From assembly GCF_001194135.2 (NCBI RefSeq), contig NC_068981.1, positions 96,929,310-96,974,913 on the forward strand: 45,604 nucleotides of DNA. The letters run 5' to 3'. A program made the translations under genes and the position numbers. The notes under the pieces are model-generated. The model did not search any database. It had not been told where the DNA came from and saw nothing but the letters and a program-made list of their open reading frames with translations. The stretch comes from Octopus bimaculoides. Taxonomy: Eukaryota. This document shows positions 1-11,035 of the stretch, piece by piece; position 1 is the stretch's first letter, and each line of letters opens with the position of its first letter.

Positions 1-33
<33 letters not shown>

Positions 34-375
34 GTATACATATATATGCATATATATGCACGTATACATATATATACATGCATATATATAAATATATATA
101 TGTATATATATATATGTGTGTGTGTGTATATATGCATATATGCATGTATATATGTATGTGTATGTATGTACGTATAAACACAGTCATATAAACGTATTCA
201 CACAGTCATACATATGCCTGCATATATATGGGAAAGTATATATATATATATATATATATATATACTTACATATACATACATATATTATATATATATAGAT
301 AGATAGATATAGATATCATACATATATACATACATACATACCTATCTACCTACATACATACATACATACATACAG
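1..375. repeat. Compound microsatellite (TA)n/(TG)n/(TACA)n
   Basis: Directly visible simple repeats; ORF 116-298 is their translation. Confidence 0.97.
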
Positions 376-577
376 ATGAACATGAGTAAATGCGTAGAAG
401 CTGTTGTTGAATCTGCGTTCAAACTCTGGTGTGTACTGAACGCCGATTTTACTGAACTGGAAAATATTTTGTCTCTCAGCTCAATGTTTTCCGACCAAAA
501 TACTGTTCAACGCCATATTTAGGCACTATACCACCATACACACATACACACGGAGGCCCAAAGATGAAGCCTATAAG

Positions 578-755
578 TGGTGGCTCGACCAGTTAGAAAT
601 AGTAACCGAGTCTCCCTCGATTTACTGTGTAGCGTCTTAAAAATAAGGGAAAGCTATACTGGATAAGGTAATCCTTATGCACACTATATCTGAGTGAAAG
701 ACAGGATGGTCATAACTGGAACGCTTTTGATCATACGTCTGCTCGATCACGAATA
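578..755 (+). mobile_element. Interspersed repeat family H (SINE-like 3' part), copy 1
   Basis: Blocks 'tagaaatag', 'gtcttaaaa', 'gacaggatggtca..ctggaa..cttt.atcata' recur at ~11930, ~36695/37100 and ~42300. Confidence 0.7.
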
Positions 756-1379
756 ACATAAGCATAACCAAATATATGGATACGTGAATGACCATACATA
801 CACACACATATATACCCATACATATACAAAATATTCAAATAGATCGAGCTCGAGGGGTAAAATTATAAAAAGTATCATCAAATTGAAAAGAACGATGCTA
901 TATAACCAAACTGGTGGACCAAAAGACGAATGTATATATATAATAAATTAAATTAAATTAAAGATCATTCCTTAAAAATTACTTTTGTTGTTTGTTTTGC
1001 TCTTAGGGGTGGGGGGAAGAGGTCAACGACTGATCTGAAAGTATGTATGATTGACCACCAACCAGTCTACAGTTCGTATTTCATTCAACATTTACACTGT
1101 GTTATGCCGTGGCTAATATTTTTACCTATATCTTGCTTGGACCTAATTCATGTAAGTAATGAGACAACTGGGCACAGCTGTTTAGGTGCTGACGATTTGG
1201 CGAAGCAGAATGGACATTTAGCCTGTGTTGAGTAACAGTAATTTTAGCACCGGAAGCAACCCCTCACATGCGCACACAGAAATAAACACATATAGATATT
1301 ACGGGTAGACAGAGCCAGAGAGGGACATTGCAACTTATTAATTGAACGTGATTGGTGTAAACACTTTTCTTCTCCTCAT

Positions 1380-1800
1380 ACAGAGAGGGAGGGAGAAGGG
1401 AGAGAATGGGGAAAGAGAGAGAATGAGGAAAAAAAGAGAAGACTGGGGAAAGAGAGAGTGGGAAAAGGGAGAATGGGTTAAGAGATAGATATTACAATTT
1501 ATCAATTGAACATGACTGGCATAAAGATTTCCCTCTCCTCATATATATAAAGACAAATATGTTCACGCACATAAGCACAGAGAGAGAAAGAGGAGAGGGG
1601 GAGAGAAAGAGGGGAGGAGGAGAGAAAGAGGAGAGGGGGAGAGAAAGAGGAGAGGGGAGAGAAAGAGGAGAGGGGAGAGAAAGAGGAGAGGGGGAGAGAA
1701 AGAGGAGAGGGGAGAGAAAGAGGAGAGGGGAGAGAAAGAGGAGAGGGGGAGAGAAAGAAAAGAGGGGGGGAGAAAGAAAAGCGGGGGAGAGAACGAGAGA
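1380..1800. repeat. GA-rich low complexity with ~18-19 nt tandem unit (aagaggagagggg[g]agaga)
   Basis: Tandem unit visible at ~1586-1790. Confidence 0.92.
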
Positions 1801-1804
1801 GTCG

Positions 1805-2020
1805 TTAACCCTTTAGCCTTCAGATTACTCTGTCAAATGTTATACTTGTTTATTCACATTGTTTCGAATTAATCGTGCATTATCTTGTAGCTTCGAGATT
1901 CTAATGATGTGGTTGTTTTGTTTACAAAGTGACATTGTAAGATAGGTGTCAGATGCCAGATCTGGCCGGTTTGAGCATAAAACAGGTGGAATATTTGGGC
2001 TGGATACACTTAAGGGTTAA
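1805..2020. mobile_element. piggyBac-type MITE
   Basis: TTAA|CCCTT at 1805 and AAGGG|TTAA at 2012-2020, i.e. TTAA target site plus CCC/GGG termini typical of piggyBac; no ORF. Confidence 0.75.
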
Positions 2021-2248
2021 AACGTCTGATGTCACATAAGTCAGTGTTGAATCAACGATACTAAATACTCGTGCCAATATGGCTCACATCCGTCCATGTA
2101 AGTGCAAAATAAGCCACACGAGGAGATAAAACTTAGTACTTTAAGACGTGATGTTCGTTTCATTAGTTCGCAGTCTAATGTTCAGAAGCTACCATATATT
2201 ACTATAAAGAGGCAAGCTACTGGAATATTATGCCTCACTCGCATAGCT

Positions 2249-2588
2249 GTTGTTGTTGTTGACACTCCGTTGCTTACGACGTCGAGGGTTCCAGTTGATC
2301 CGATCAACGGAACAGCCTGCTCGTGAAATTAACGTGCAAGTGGCTGAGCACTCCACAGACACGTGTACCCTTAACGTAGTTCTCGGGGATATTCAGCGTG
2401 ACACAGTGTGATAAGGCTGACTCTTTGAATTACAGGCACAGCAGAAACAGGGAGAAAGAGTGAGAGAAAGTTGTGGTGAAAGAGTACAGCAGGGTTCGCA
2501 ACCATCTCCTGCCGGAGCCTCGTGGAGCTTTAGGTGTTTTCGCTCAATAAACACTCACAACGCCCGGTCTGGGAATCGAAACCGCGAT
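2249..2588 (-). mobile_element. tRNA-derived SINE family A (head runs into N gap)
   Basis: Near-identical to copies at 25969-26359 and 30609-31002; (AAC)n tail on minus strand. Confidence 0.93.
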
Positions 2589-3539
2589 NNNNNNNNNNNN
2601 NNNNNNNNNNNNNNNNNNNNNNNNNNNNNNNNNNNNNNNNNNNNNNNNNNNNNNNNNNNNNNNNNNNNNNNNNNNNNNNNNNNNNNNNNNNNNNNNNNNN
2701 NNNNNNNNNNNNNNNNNNNNNNNNNNNNNNNNNNNNNNNNNNNNNNNNNNNNNNNNNNNNNNNNNNNNNNNNNNNNNNNNNNNNNNNNNNNNNNNNNNNN
2801 NNNNNNNNNNNNNNNNNNNNNNNNNNNNNNNNNNNNNNNNNNNNNNNNNNNNNNNNNNNNNNNNNNNNNNNNNNNNNNNNNNNNNNNNNNNNNNNNNNNN
2901 NNNNNNNNNNNNNNNNNNNNNNNNNNNNNNNNNNNNNNNNNNNNNNNNNNNNNNNNNNNNNNNNNNNNNNNNNNNNNNNNNNNNNNNNNNNNNNNNNNNN
3001 NNNNNNNNNNNNNNNNNNNNNNNNNNNNNNNNNNNNNNNNNNNNNNNNNNNNNNNNNNNNNNNNNNNNNNNNNNNNNNNNNNNNNNNNNNNNNNNNNNNN
3101 NNNNNNNNNNNNNNNNNNNNNNNNNNNNNNNNNNNNNNNNNNNNNNNNNNNNNNNNNNNNNNNNNNNNNNNNNNNNNNNNNNNNNNNNNNNNNNNNNNNN
3201 NNNNNNNNNNNNNNNNNNNNNNNNNNNNNNNNNNNNNNNNNNNNNNNNNNNNNNNNNNNNNNNNNNNNNNNNNGACTAAGAGTAAAAGATGTTTTATATG
3301 ACACATTCTACCAGTGTCCCAAGTTTCAAAGTGTTTCGTTAGTGTTTCGTTAAGAAAATACTGGCGCCCCCGTTTTAAAATAGATCCCATAATTCTAATG
3401 ATTCTAAAATCGAATTTCCCCAACTTCTGCTACTACGATACAGAAGTTATCGGAACAATTTTATTGAATTAGAAATTTAACTGTAATTTTTGTAAGGTAG
3501 GAGCATGAAAGTTTGGTCAATCAGCTTTACACTATTATA

Positions 3540-3786
3540 TAATAAATAAATGCGCCCTTTTAAAGCCTAGCCTGGCTCATGGGCCCGGTTTCCCGGTTTC
3601 AATGGCGTATGTGTTCTTCAGCCAGTCCATCGCAGCAATACTCATTTTTGCCAGCTGAGTGGACTGGAGCAACGTGAAATGAAGTGTTTTGTTCAAGAAC
3701 ACAACGCGTCACCCGGTCCAGGAATCGAAACCACAATCTCACGATCATGATACTAATACCCCAACCACTAAGCCACGCGCCTCCAC
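3540..3786 (-). mobile_element. tRNA-head, CORE-like SINE family C with (ATTT)n tail
   Basis: Pol III A box (tggcttagtgg) and B box (ggtttcgattcc); CORE-like block 'gtgttcttgaacaaaacacttcatttcacgttgctccagtccactcagctggcaaaaatgagt'; 13-bp TSD ttacactattata at 3527-3539 and 3787-3799. Confidence 0.9.
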
Positions 3787-3800
3787 TTACACTATTATAC

Positions 3801-4005
3801 TGGCTTCAAATTTTGACACTAGGCTAGCAATTTTGGGGGCGGGTTAAGTTGACTACATCGACCCCAGCGCTCAACTGGTACTTATTTTATCGACCCCCGA
3901 AAGGATGAACGACCAAGTCGACCTCAGCGGAACTTGAACTCAGAATATAAAGACGGACGAAATGCCGTTATGCATTTTTCCCGGCGTGCTAAAGTTTCTG
4001 CCAGG
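3801..4005 (-). mobile_element. SINE family D (Nin/Deu-domain-like), head cut by gap
   Basis: Central block 'tcatcctttcggggtcgataaaataagtaccag' resembles the Deu/Nin SINE domain; B box gagttcaa; more than 10 copies in the window. Confidence 0.88.
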
Positions 4006-4298
4006 NNNNNNNNNNNNNNNNNNNNNNNNNNNNNNNNNNNNNNNNNNNNNNNNNNNNNNNNNNNNNNNNNNNNNNNNNNNNNNNNNNNNNNNNNNNNNNN
4101 NNNNNNNNNNNNNNNNNNNNNNNNNNNNNNNNNNNNNNNNNNNNNNNNNNNNNNNNNNNNNNNNNNNNAACACTGGGGCCTGTGCAATTTAATAAATATC
4201 ATATTTCAAAAGAAATCTCAACTATTCATTAGGTTTACTAGTTTGATTAATGAATGGCAACTTGTGTATTTTTTCTTTCTTATTTAATCTACTATGAA

Positions 4299-4395
<97 letters not shown>
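4299..4395. repeat. (AGAT)n microsatellite
   Basis: Directly visible. Confidence 0.98.
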
Positions 4396-4397
<2 letters not shown>

Positions 4398-4599
4398 TAC
4401 ACGCAGTACAGCCGTCATAAGGGAAGTGAGATTGGCTTGATAACAAGCAACACACTTTCGCAAATTGTGCGATGGCTAATGGGGAAGGACTCCACCAGCA
4501 CTCAGCCGGTACTCTACAAGCTGAAAACCTGATAAAACGTGAAATAAATAGTTCAAGAACACAACGCATCACCCGGTATAGGAGTTGAACCAGCTAAAC

Positions 4600-4746
4600 C
4601 CTTGCCTTCATTCCCAGCAGACCACCAGTGCCCGACCTGCAGCAGAACCATCCGAGCACGCATCGCCCTGATCGGTCACAGCCAGACACACTGTGACCCA
4701 CTTCTCCCATGAGATGTCCTGGCCATCGTCGACAACGACGGACGAA
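4600..4746 (+). mobile_element. RTE-clade LINE 3' end (C2H2-like C-terminus and 3' tail)
   Basis: Translates as HQCPTCSRTIRARIALIGHSQTH*, like the CxxC..FRARIGLISHxRTH C-terminus of RTE/BovB ORFs, followed by the tail 'gtcctggccatcgtcgacaacgacggacgaa'. Confidence 0.8.
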
Positions 4747-4760
4747 TATCTATATATATA

Positions 4761-5300
4761 TACAAGGGGGTACCCAAAAGAAACCGGAATTTTGCAATAT
4801 TATTTTATTCACTTAGTTTTAAATGTTCGCACAGTTATTGCCTTCAAAGCATTCTCCATTTGAAGAACTGTATCGGTCTAGGCGCGTTTTCCATTATTTA
4901 AAGCAATCCTGGAACTCTTGCGAAGTGATGCTTTTAATCCCTCCGTCGTTTTTTGCTTCACCTCTTCCACATCTGCAAATTCCGTAGCACCAGCTTTCGT
5001 GTTCAGTGATGACCTTCGAACAGAGATCGGGATCAGCTTCCAATTGTTCTTTCAGTTCACGACACGCATTCAGCCGTAAATGCTTTTGATCTTCCGCGAG
5101 CAAGCGAGACACAAATTTTGCTGCAACTCTTTTCATTTGCAATTCCTTGCTCAAAATTCGTTAATAGGCGATCTAAGACACACCAGTCATATCAACAAAT
5201 TCATCATTTGTTTGGTGATGGTCTTCCAAGATCAGTTCATGAATTGGGTTTGTCCCTCTGAGAACGTTTCCGGTTACTTTATACATATTGTTTAAGCATA
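4761..5300 (-). mobile_element. Tc1/mariner (Mos1-like) transposon, internally deleted and decayed
   Basis: IHELILED..RILSKELQMKRVAAKFVSRLL..DPDLCSKVITEHESWCYG joined at ~4982 to the C-terminus ..QEFQDCFK*WKTRLDRYSSSNGECFEGN; most of the DDD catalytic domain is missing; TA|caagggggtacccaaaagaaaccgg terminus at 4761. Confidence 0.9.
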
Positions 5301-5417
5301 GCAAGACTGGTGTAGAACTCAATATACGTATGGTCCAGATCACGTTGAGTATAGAGTGGTAATAGAAAGCAAAGAGATGGCATCGGAAAAACCAAATGTT
5401 ATGTAATGAATTTCATT

Positions 5418-5498
5418 AGCTTACATCTGTTTCTGCAATAAGACGTGGTGGACTCTTAGTTGAGTACCAGGGTATCATACTATAGTTTCCTCAGAGCC
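5418..5498 (-). ncRNA. Minimal type-I hammerhead-like motif (core intact, stem II eroded)
   Basis: Minus strand reads ggcu-CUGAGGA-a[stem II, mismatched]a-GAAA-C(agau)G-UA-agcu. Confidence 0.55.
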
Positions 5499-5712
5499 TC
5501 GAATATGGAGTGCACTTTATTTGGGTTACATTTTTAGAACATTTTTAGAACATAGAGGCGTTCTAAGATTACATTTTCTAGACCATACAGGCGTTATGAG
5601 TGAGAAAGTTGTGATAGAACTTTCCATGTCCAGCAATGTAAACTTTCTCACTCATAACACCTGTATGTTCTAAAAATGTAACTTTCCCAAATAAAGTGCA
5701 CTTCATATTCAA

Positions 5713-5793
5713 GGCTCTGATGAAGCTATAGGATGATATCCTGGTACTCAACTAAGAGTCCACCATATCCTATAGCAAAAGCAGCTGTAAGCT
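5713..5793 (+). ncRNA. Minimal type-I hammerhead-like motif (perfect 10-bp stem II, GAAA mutated to AAAG)
   Basis: ggcu-CUGAUGA(5717-5723)-a-gcuauaggau(5725-5734)...auccuauagc(5767-5776)-a-AAAG-C(agcu)G-UA-agcu. Confidence 0.55.
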
Positions 5794-6949
5794 AATGGAG
5801 TTCATTACATAACATTTGGTGTCATCTCTTTATTTTCTATATATATGTTCTTGCAAGCTCGCTTGTTATGCTGCGGTGGGATAACATTTATGGCATTTTT
5901 GCAGAAAAATTTGCAAAAACTAGATCTATTCTATGCATGTGGTTTGTGAACTGTAACTCTCGGCGTATCGGCAGAATGAAATGTTGCCTTTGAGCAAGTA
6001 AATTAACATCCCAGTGCTGCAGCATGTAGTACGTGGTTAGTATACATTGTACATTTGAAACATGCATAGAAATAAATAAATGTATAATAAATAAATGACA
6101 TATGATGGATGAGGTAACAGAAGCAATGTAACTCAGAACAGACAATATAAGAACTACTACATAATTATTTGCTTAATTGAGCAGAATTACACAATGGGAG
6201 CGAGTTAGTCCTTTAAAGCAGAGGTCCGAAGATCGAAACGACGTTCGGTGAAGAAATAGATTCTACTTTTGATATTCATACATTGCAAGTGAGTTATATA
6301 CAAAAACACTAAGCATATGTACTTATGTATACACCGACAGGTAAGTACAAATTATATTATGCAACAGAAATTTACAAAAGGTTGAGGGTCACCAACTGAC
6401 CGGGGTACACCAGAACCCAAGTAGCGTAGACAAGAAGACTGTTGCTTGTGAGTGCTACGAAGAAGACGACGAAATTTGTTGAGACTTTTGATAAACAATA
6501 TTTATTCTTTCCATAAACAAAAAGGAAATACTGTCGTTATTGCAAATGACGAAATGTTGAGGGAGTTTGAATGTTATTGTTCTCAGTGTAATTATAATAG
6601 CAGTCAAAATGGTAGCTGCTGGTGGCTGTTTTGCTGTCACCTATTGTTCATTGTGACTGTTGTCAGCTTGGGTCAGCAACTGTGCGTGTCTATTCGCAGT
6701 CCCTCTGCAGTCTCGTCTCTGCTGTCTCTCAATGCTCTCCCTAAACTCTCTCAATGCTCTCTGTTAAGTAGCGAAGATGTGCTGAATGTATACTGATAGA
6801 TAGGCTCAGAGAGAAAGGTGCGAAAAGATGGTATTGTTGCTGGAACCAGTTCTCGGTGAAGTCGTGATTGGTAGTCGTGATTGGTCAGATTTTATGTCAT
6901 GTGGGTAATATTCTAACGAATCACGTCATCGGGTGATTGCTGAATATTC

Positions 6950-7130
6950 CCACTACACACACAAACACATAACCACACACACATATAAATATATACACAC
7001 ATACACACACATTGTATATTTGTGTATATATGTATATATACACACTGGCACACATACACATGTATTTACACACGTGTGTATATCTACACAAATGCGTATG
7101 TATATGTATATATATGAGATTCATACATAG
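6950..7130. repeat. (CA)/(TA) compound microsatellite
   Basis: Directly visible. Confidence 0.92.
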
Positions 7131-7334
7131 TTAAATCGATAGAGTGTCAACCAACTATCCCTAGGGTCGATGGTTCGTATCTTCATTGACGCTACATTAT
7201 TTTCCAACCAGAGACCTTAACTCTCAGTTAAATTGTCAACCTATATGTAAACAGTACCTTTCAGAGTTAGCTTACAAGGTTTAATTTCAAATTCACTAAT
7301 AGTTATAACCAGAGGTATTGAATTCCATTGGTCG

Positions 7335-7480
7335 TATCGATGGCTTGTGATTGAGAAGCTTATTTTGCAATCATTTGGTTTGAGGTTCAGTCTCGCCGTG
7401 CGGCACCTTGGGTGAGTGTCTTCTACTGCAACTCCGGCTCAACCAATGCCTTGTGAGTGAATTTGGTGGACGGGTATATA
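7335..7480 (+). mobile_element. SINE family E, degenerate 5' part
   Basis: 'ggttcagtc..gtgcggcaccttgggtgagtgtcttctact...ccttgtgagtgaatttggt' matches copies at 9420 and 31826. Confidence 0.75.
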
Positions 7481-7489
7481 TGTATGTAT

Positions 7490-7690
7490 TCATCCTATTA
7501 CAAGCACAAGGCCTGGAATTTTGGAAGAGAGGCTAGTTGAATATATCGACCCCAATGCTAAGCTGGTACTTAATTTATCGACCCTGTAGGATGAAAGGCA
7601 AAGTTGACTTCGACGAAATTTGAACTCAGAACGCAATGCCAGAAGAAACGCCACTAAATATTTTATCTGGCGTCTGCCATCTCGCTACCT
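7490..7690 (-). mobile_element. SINE family D
   Basis: Same Nin/Deu-like block and B box as the other D copies. Confidence 0.85.
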
Positions 7691-7990
7691 TATGTATGTA
7701 TGTATGTATGTATGTATGTATGTATGTATGTATGTATGTATGTGTGTACGTGTGTATGTGTGTATGTATGTATGTATGTATGTATGTATGTATGTATGTG
7801 TGTACGTGTGTATGTGTGTATGTATGTACGTGTGTACGTGTGTACGTGTGTATGTATGTATGTATGTATACGTGTATGTGTGTATGTATGTATGTATGTA
7901 TGTATGTGTGTACGTGTGTATGTATGTAAGTATGTGTGTGTGTATGTGTGTACGTGTGTATGTATGTATGCATGTATGTATGTATGTCTT
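7691..7990. repeat. (TATG)n/(TG)/(TACG) compound microsatellite
   Basis: Directly visible; source of the five overlapping MYVC/THTY ORFs. Confidence 0.98.
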
Positions 7991-8077
7991 TCTATACATA
8001 TACCACACCTGATATACGTCTTACATTATTTAATGACAGTATTGTCTTTAAGAAATATTTTTTTTAAATATCTAAAT

Positions 8078-8325
8078 CAGTGGTTCTCAACCATTTTTAC
8101 CTATAGACCCCTTTGATTCCTATTCCACTCGGGTTGACCCCCATAACTATTTGATGTTTAAAAAATCCTATTATATTTTTATAATTAAGTATTTATAAGG
8201 AATTGTATTTAACAAAAAACTATTAAAATTTGTAGAAGTGTGACCAATCTATTGCACATAAATTTTAACAACAAAATCTTATACGGGCCTCCTAGGGTCA
8301 TAAGGACCCCGGTTGAGAACCACTG
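8078..8325. mobile_element. hAT-Charlie-type MITE
   Basis: Perfect 15-bp TIR cagtggttctcaacc (8078-8092) / ggttgagaaccactg (8311-8325); 8-bp flanks atctaaat / atcctaat (6/8 identical), close to the Charlie NTCTAGAN target. Confidence 0.9.
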
Positions 8326-8630
8326 ATCCTAATGAAAATTCTCCTAGAAAGATGGAAGGAATGTTAAACCCTCATCCACCTGTCAGGCTGTCTGCAATGA
8401 GTGGATGACAACAAAATCATAGTGGTGTTGCTCTACCCTGCTTGCTGATCATAGTAACACAAAACAACATAGCCAAAAATACGGGTCTTACATTCTGTAT
8501 GGCAATGCTCTAGTGCAAAATATAAATAATTATATTGTTGGTCTAAATTCGTTACTTGTCATGCATACGCAGCACATTTCAAAGTTCTATATGTGAGAAT
8601 ATATTTGTGTAGACACATATAAACATATGA

Positions 8631-8631
<1 letters not shown>

Positions 8632-8721
<90 letters not shown>
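8632..8721. repeat. (TG)n microsatellite
   Basis: Directly visible. Confidence 0.98.
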
Positions 8722-8724
<3 letters not shown>

Positions 8725-8914
8725 CCCTTCACTGATGTTAATGCTCTTCAGAAAGGAAACGTAAGATACGTTTCTATCGCTTCTTCCTTTCAAGCAAAGA
8801 CATTCACTTCGATACTTAATCCACCAAGAGATGTCAACGAGAAAACAACTTGGAAACAAAGACAATCTTTGTCTGAAGACATTTTTGTATAGTTTTTTAA
8901 AATAATATAAGTGT

Positions 8915-9092
8915 TCAAGGCGCCTGACAAAATGCTTAACATCATTTCTGAGTTCAAATTCTACTGAGGTCAAATTTGCCTTTCAGCCTTTTGGAGTCGA
9001 CAAAATAAGCACCAGTCGAGCAGTGGGTCGATGTAATCGACTAACTCCCCCCTCCGAAATTTCAACCCTTATGCCTTTAGTAGAAAAATGAT
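8915..9092 (+). mobile_element. SINE family D with internal deletion
   Basis: gagttcaaattc..gcctttcagccttttggagtcgacaaaataagcaccag. Confidence 0.82.
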
Positions 9093-9419
9093 ATACGTTT
9101 TTCATGCTTTAAACAGAATTCACTTCTGCAGCCCTCCTCAGTTATTCCCCGTTAATTAGTTTGTTCTCATTTCTATAAAAACTTCAAACATTCTTTCACC
9201 AAATTTACCGTTCGCCATTGCTACAATAGTCATCATGAATCATTCCCTTCCTTCATATTCCTCAAAATCTGTTTCACTTGCTGGCTCTTTTTATATTAAC
9301 TTTCCCCACCGGGATGACCGAAGTCGATATTTCAGAAATGGTATCGATGATCCGTGAGATTAAATAAAGATTAATGTTACTGGCAACGAGGCGTCCTGCT
9401 TATAACATTACTCTCTACT

Positions 9420-9800
9420 TAGGCGTAGTTATGGCTGTGTGGTTAAAAAGCTCGTTTTGCAGCTATGTGTTTTCGGATTCAGTCCCATTGCGCGGCAGAT
9501 TGGGCAAACTTCTTCTACTATAGCTTTGGGCCGACTAATGTCTCGTGAGTGAATCTGGTAGACGGAAACTGTAAAGAGCACGTTGAATGTATGTGTGTGT
9601 GTGTATGAATATATGTGGCTGTTTAAGTTTGATTGAGCGCGTCTGTGTTGTATTTGTTCCCCAGCACCGCTTAATAATTGGTGTTGGTTTCTTTACGTCC
9701 CCATAAGTTAGTGGTCCTACAAAAGTGACCGATGGAATAAGTATCAGACTTTAAAATAAGTACCGGGATCGAATTTTCGACTAAATCCATCCTCTACCCA
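9420..9800 (+). mobile_element. SINE family E, near full length, with internal (TG) microsatellite
   Basis: tRNA-like head 'tggctgtgtggtt...ggattcagtccc', CORE-like 'ttgggcaa..cttctactatagc', internal TG run, then the 3' part matching 40478-40690. Confidence 0.85.
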
Positions 9801-9825
9801 AGGTCAATAACAAGTTTTAAGACGT

Positions 9826-10010
9826 CAACGGTAGTATGGCTATAATTAGAGCGAGATATCAACTATAGTATTGTGGTCATTAGAGCGAGGTGCCAGTGGT
9901 CAATAGAGAGAGGTGTCAACTTAGATGTCAACTATAGTATAGAGGTCAATAGAGGGAGGTGTCAATGATAGTGTAGTGGTGATGAGGTAGAGCAAGATGT
10001 CAACGAAGTT
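9826..10010. repeat. Degenerate ~33-nt minisatellite (gtggtcaatagagcgaggtgtcaactatagtat-like)
   Basis: About five imperfect units visible. Confidence 0.7.
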
Positions 10011-10088
10011 CGAGTCCAACTAGGTTTTCACTTACCTTTAAAATGAGTACAACGCTCACTTTACTTAAAAAATATTAGTAAATATTAT

Positions 10089-10217
10089 TACTTTGTCTTT
10101 CGTCCTTTCGAGGTCAATAAAATGAAGTACCATTCAAGTGTTGGACCGATATAATCGATTTATCTCTTTCCCCCAAAACTGCTAGTCTTGTGCCAAAATT
10201 AAATTTAGAAAGAATTA
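10089..10217 (+). mobile_element. SINE family D, 3' half
   Basis: 'ctttcgtcctttcgaggtcaataaaatgaagtacc...cttgtgccaaaatt'. Confidence 0.75.
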
Positions 10218-10256
10218 TCACGGTTATAATTTATACTATTGTTGCTGTGTTAATAG

Positions 10257-10470
10257 TGGTTTCAAATTTTGGCACCAAACCAGCAAGTTTGCGGGAGGAG
10301 TATGTCGATTACATTGGCTCTAGTACTTAGCTGGTACTTATTTTATCGGCACCGAAAGGATGAAAGGCAAAATCGACTTCGGCGGAATTTGAACTCAGAA
10401 CGTAAGGGCGGACGAAATGCTGCTAAGCATTTTGCCCGGCGTGCTAATGATTCTGCCAGTTCACTGCCTT
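10257..10470 (-). mobile_element. SINE family D, full length (a further tail fragment follows at 10471-10522)
   Basis: Complete head (aaggcagtgaactggcagaatc), B box and tail (ttgaaacca). Confidence 0.9.
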
Positions 10471-10550
10471 TGGTTTGAAATTTTAACACAAGGCCAGCAA
10501 TTATTAGGGCTGGTGCAAGTCGCCGCCCTTGCTATTATGTTAATAACTAG

Positions 10551-10869
10551 TACTCTGTCGGTTACGACGACGAGCGTTCCGGTTGATCCGATCAACGGAA
10601 CAGCCTGCTCGTGAAATTAACGTTCAAGTGGCTGAGTAGTCCACATGTACCTTTAACGTAATTCTCAGGAAGATTCAGCGTGACACCGAATGTGACAATG
10701 TTGGACTTTGAATTATAGCTACTACTCATTTTTGCCAGCTGAGTCGGGTGGAGCAACGCGAAATAAAGTGTCTTTAGAAAGCTTAAGGACACAACGCATC
10801 GCCGGGAATTGAAATCACGACCCTACGATCGTGATCCGAATACTCTAACCACTAAGCCACGCGCCTTCA
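10551..10869 (-). mobile_element. SINE family B (head and CORE-like block shared with C/F, 3' half shared with A)
   Basis: Head and core match 3640-3786; 3' half matches family A (gcaggctgttccgttgatcggatc). Confidence 0.9.
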
Positions 10870-10910
10870 CTGGTATGTTATTACATCTTTAATTGGTTAT
10901 TTAATTCTCA

Positions 10911-11035
10911 AATAATAATCCTTTCTACTATAAGCACAAGGCCTGGATTTTGTGGAGAGGGGTATTGTCGATTATATCGACCCCAGTGTTTCACTATTAT
11001 TTAATTTATTGACCCCGAAAGGATGAAAGGGAAAC
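10911..11035 (-). mobile_element. SINE family D, 3' half
   Basis: Tail variant ending tagtagaaaggattatt. Confidence 0.8.

Larger units (their letters stand above)
5362..5839. mobile_element. Long inverted repeat (arms ~5362-5610 and 5641-5839, 30-nt spacer); candidate Penelope-like pLTR or retrozyme pair
   Basis: Arms align as reverse complements along their length (for example ggtggactcttagttgagtaccagg versus cctggtactcaactaagagtccacc); each arm contains hammerhead-like core boxes. Confidence 0.75.

Noticed and set aside
1007-1151. Possible plus-strand exon (tcttag acceptor, gtaagt donor)
   Set aside because: The one open frame gives no recognisable product and no partner exons were found; such signals are expected by chance.
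9826-10010. CRISPR-like periodicity
   Set aside because: The units are degenerate and contiguous with no unique spacers, in a eukaryotic context with no cas genes.
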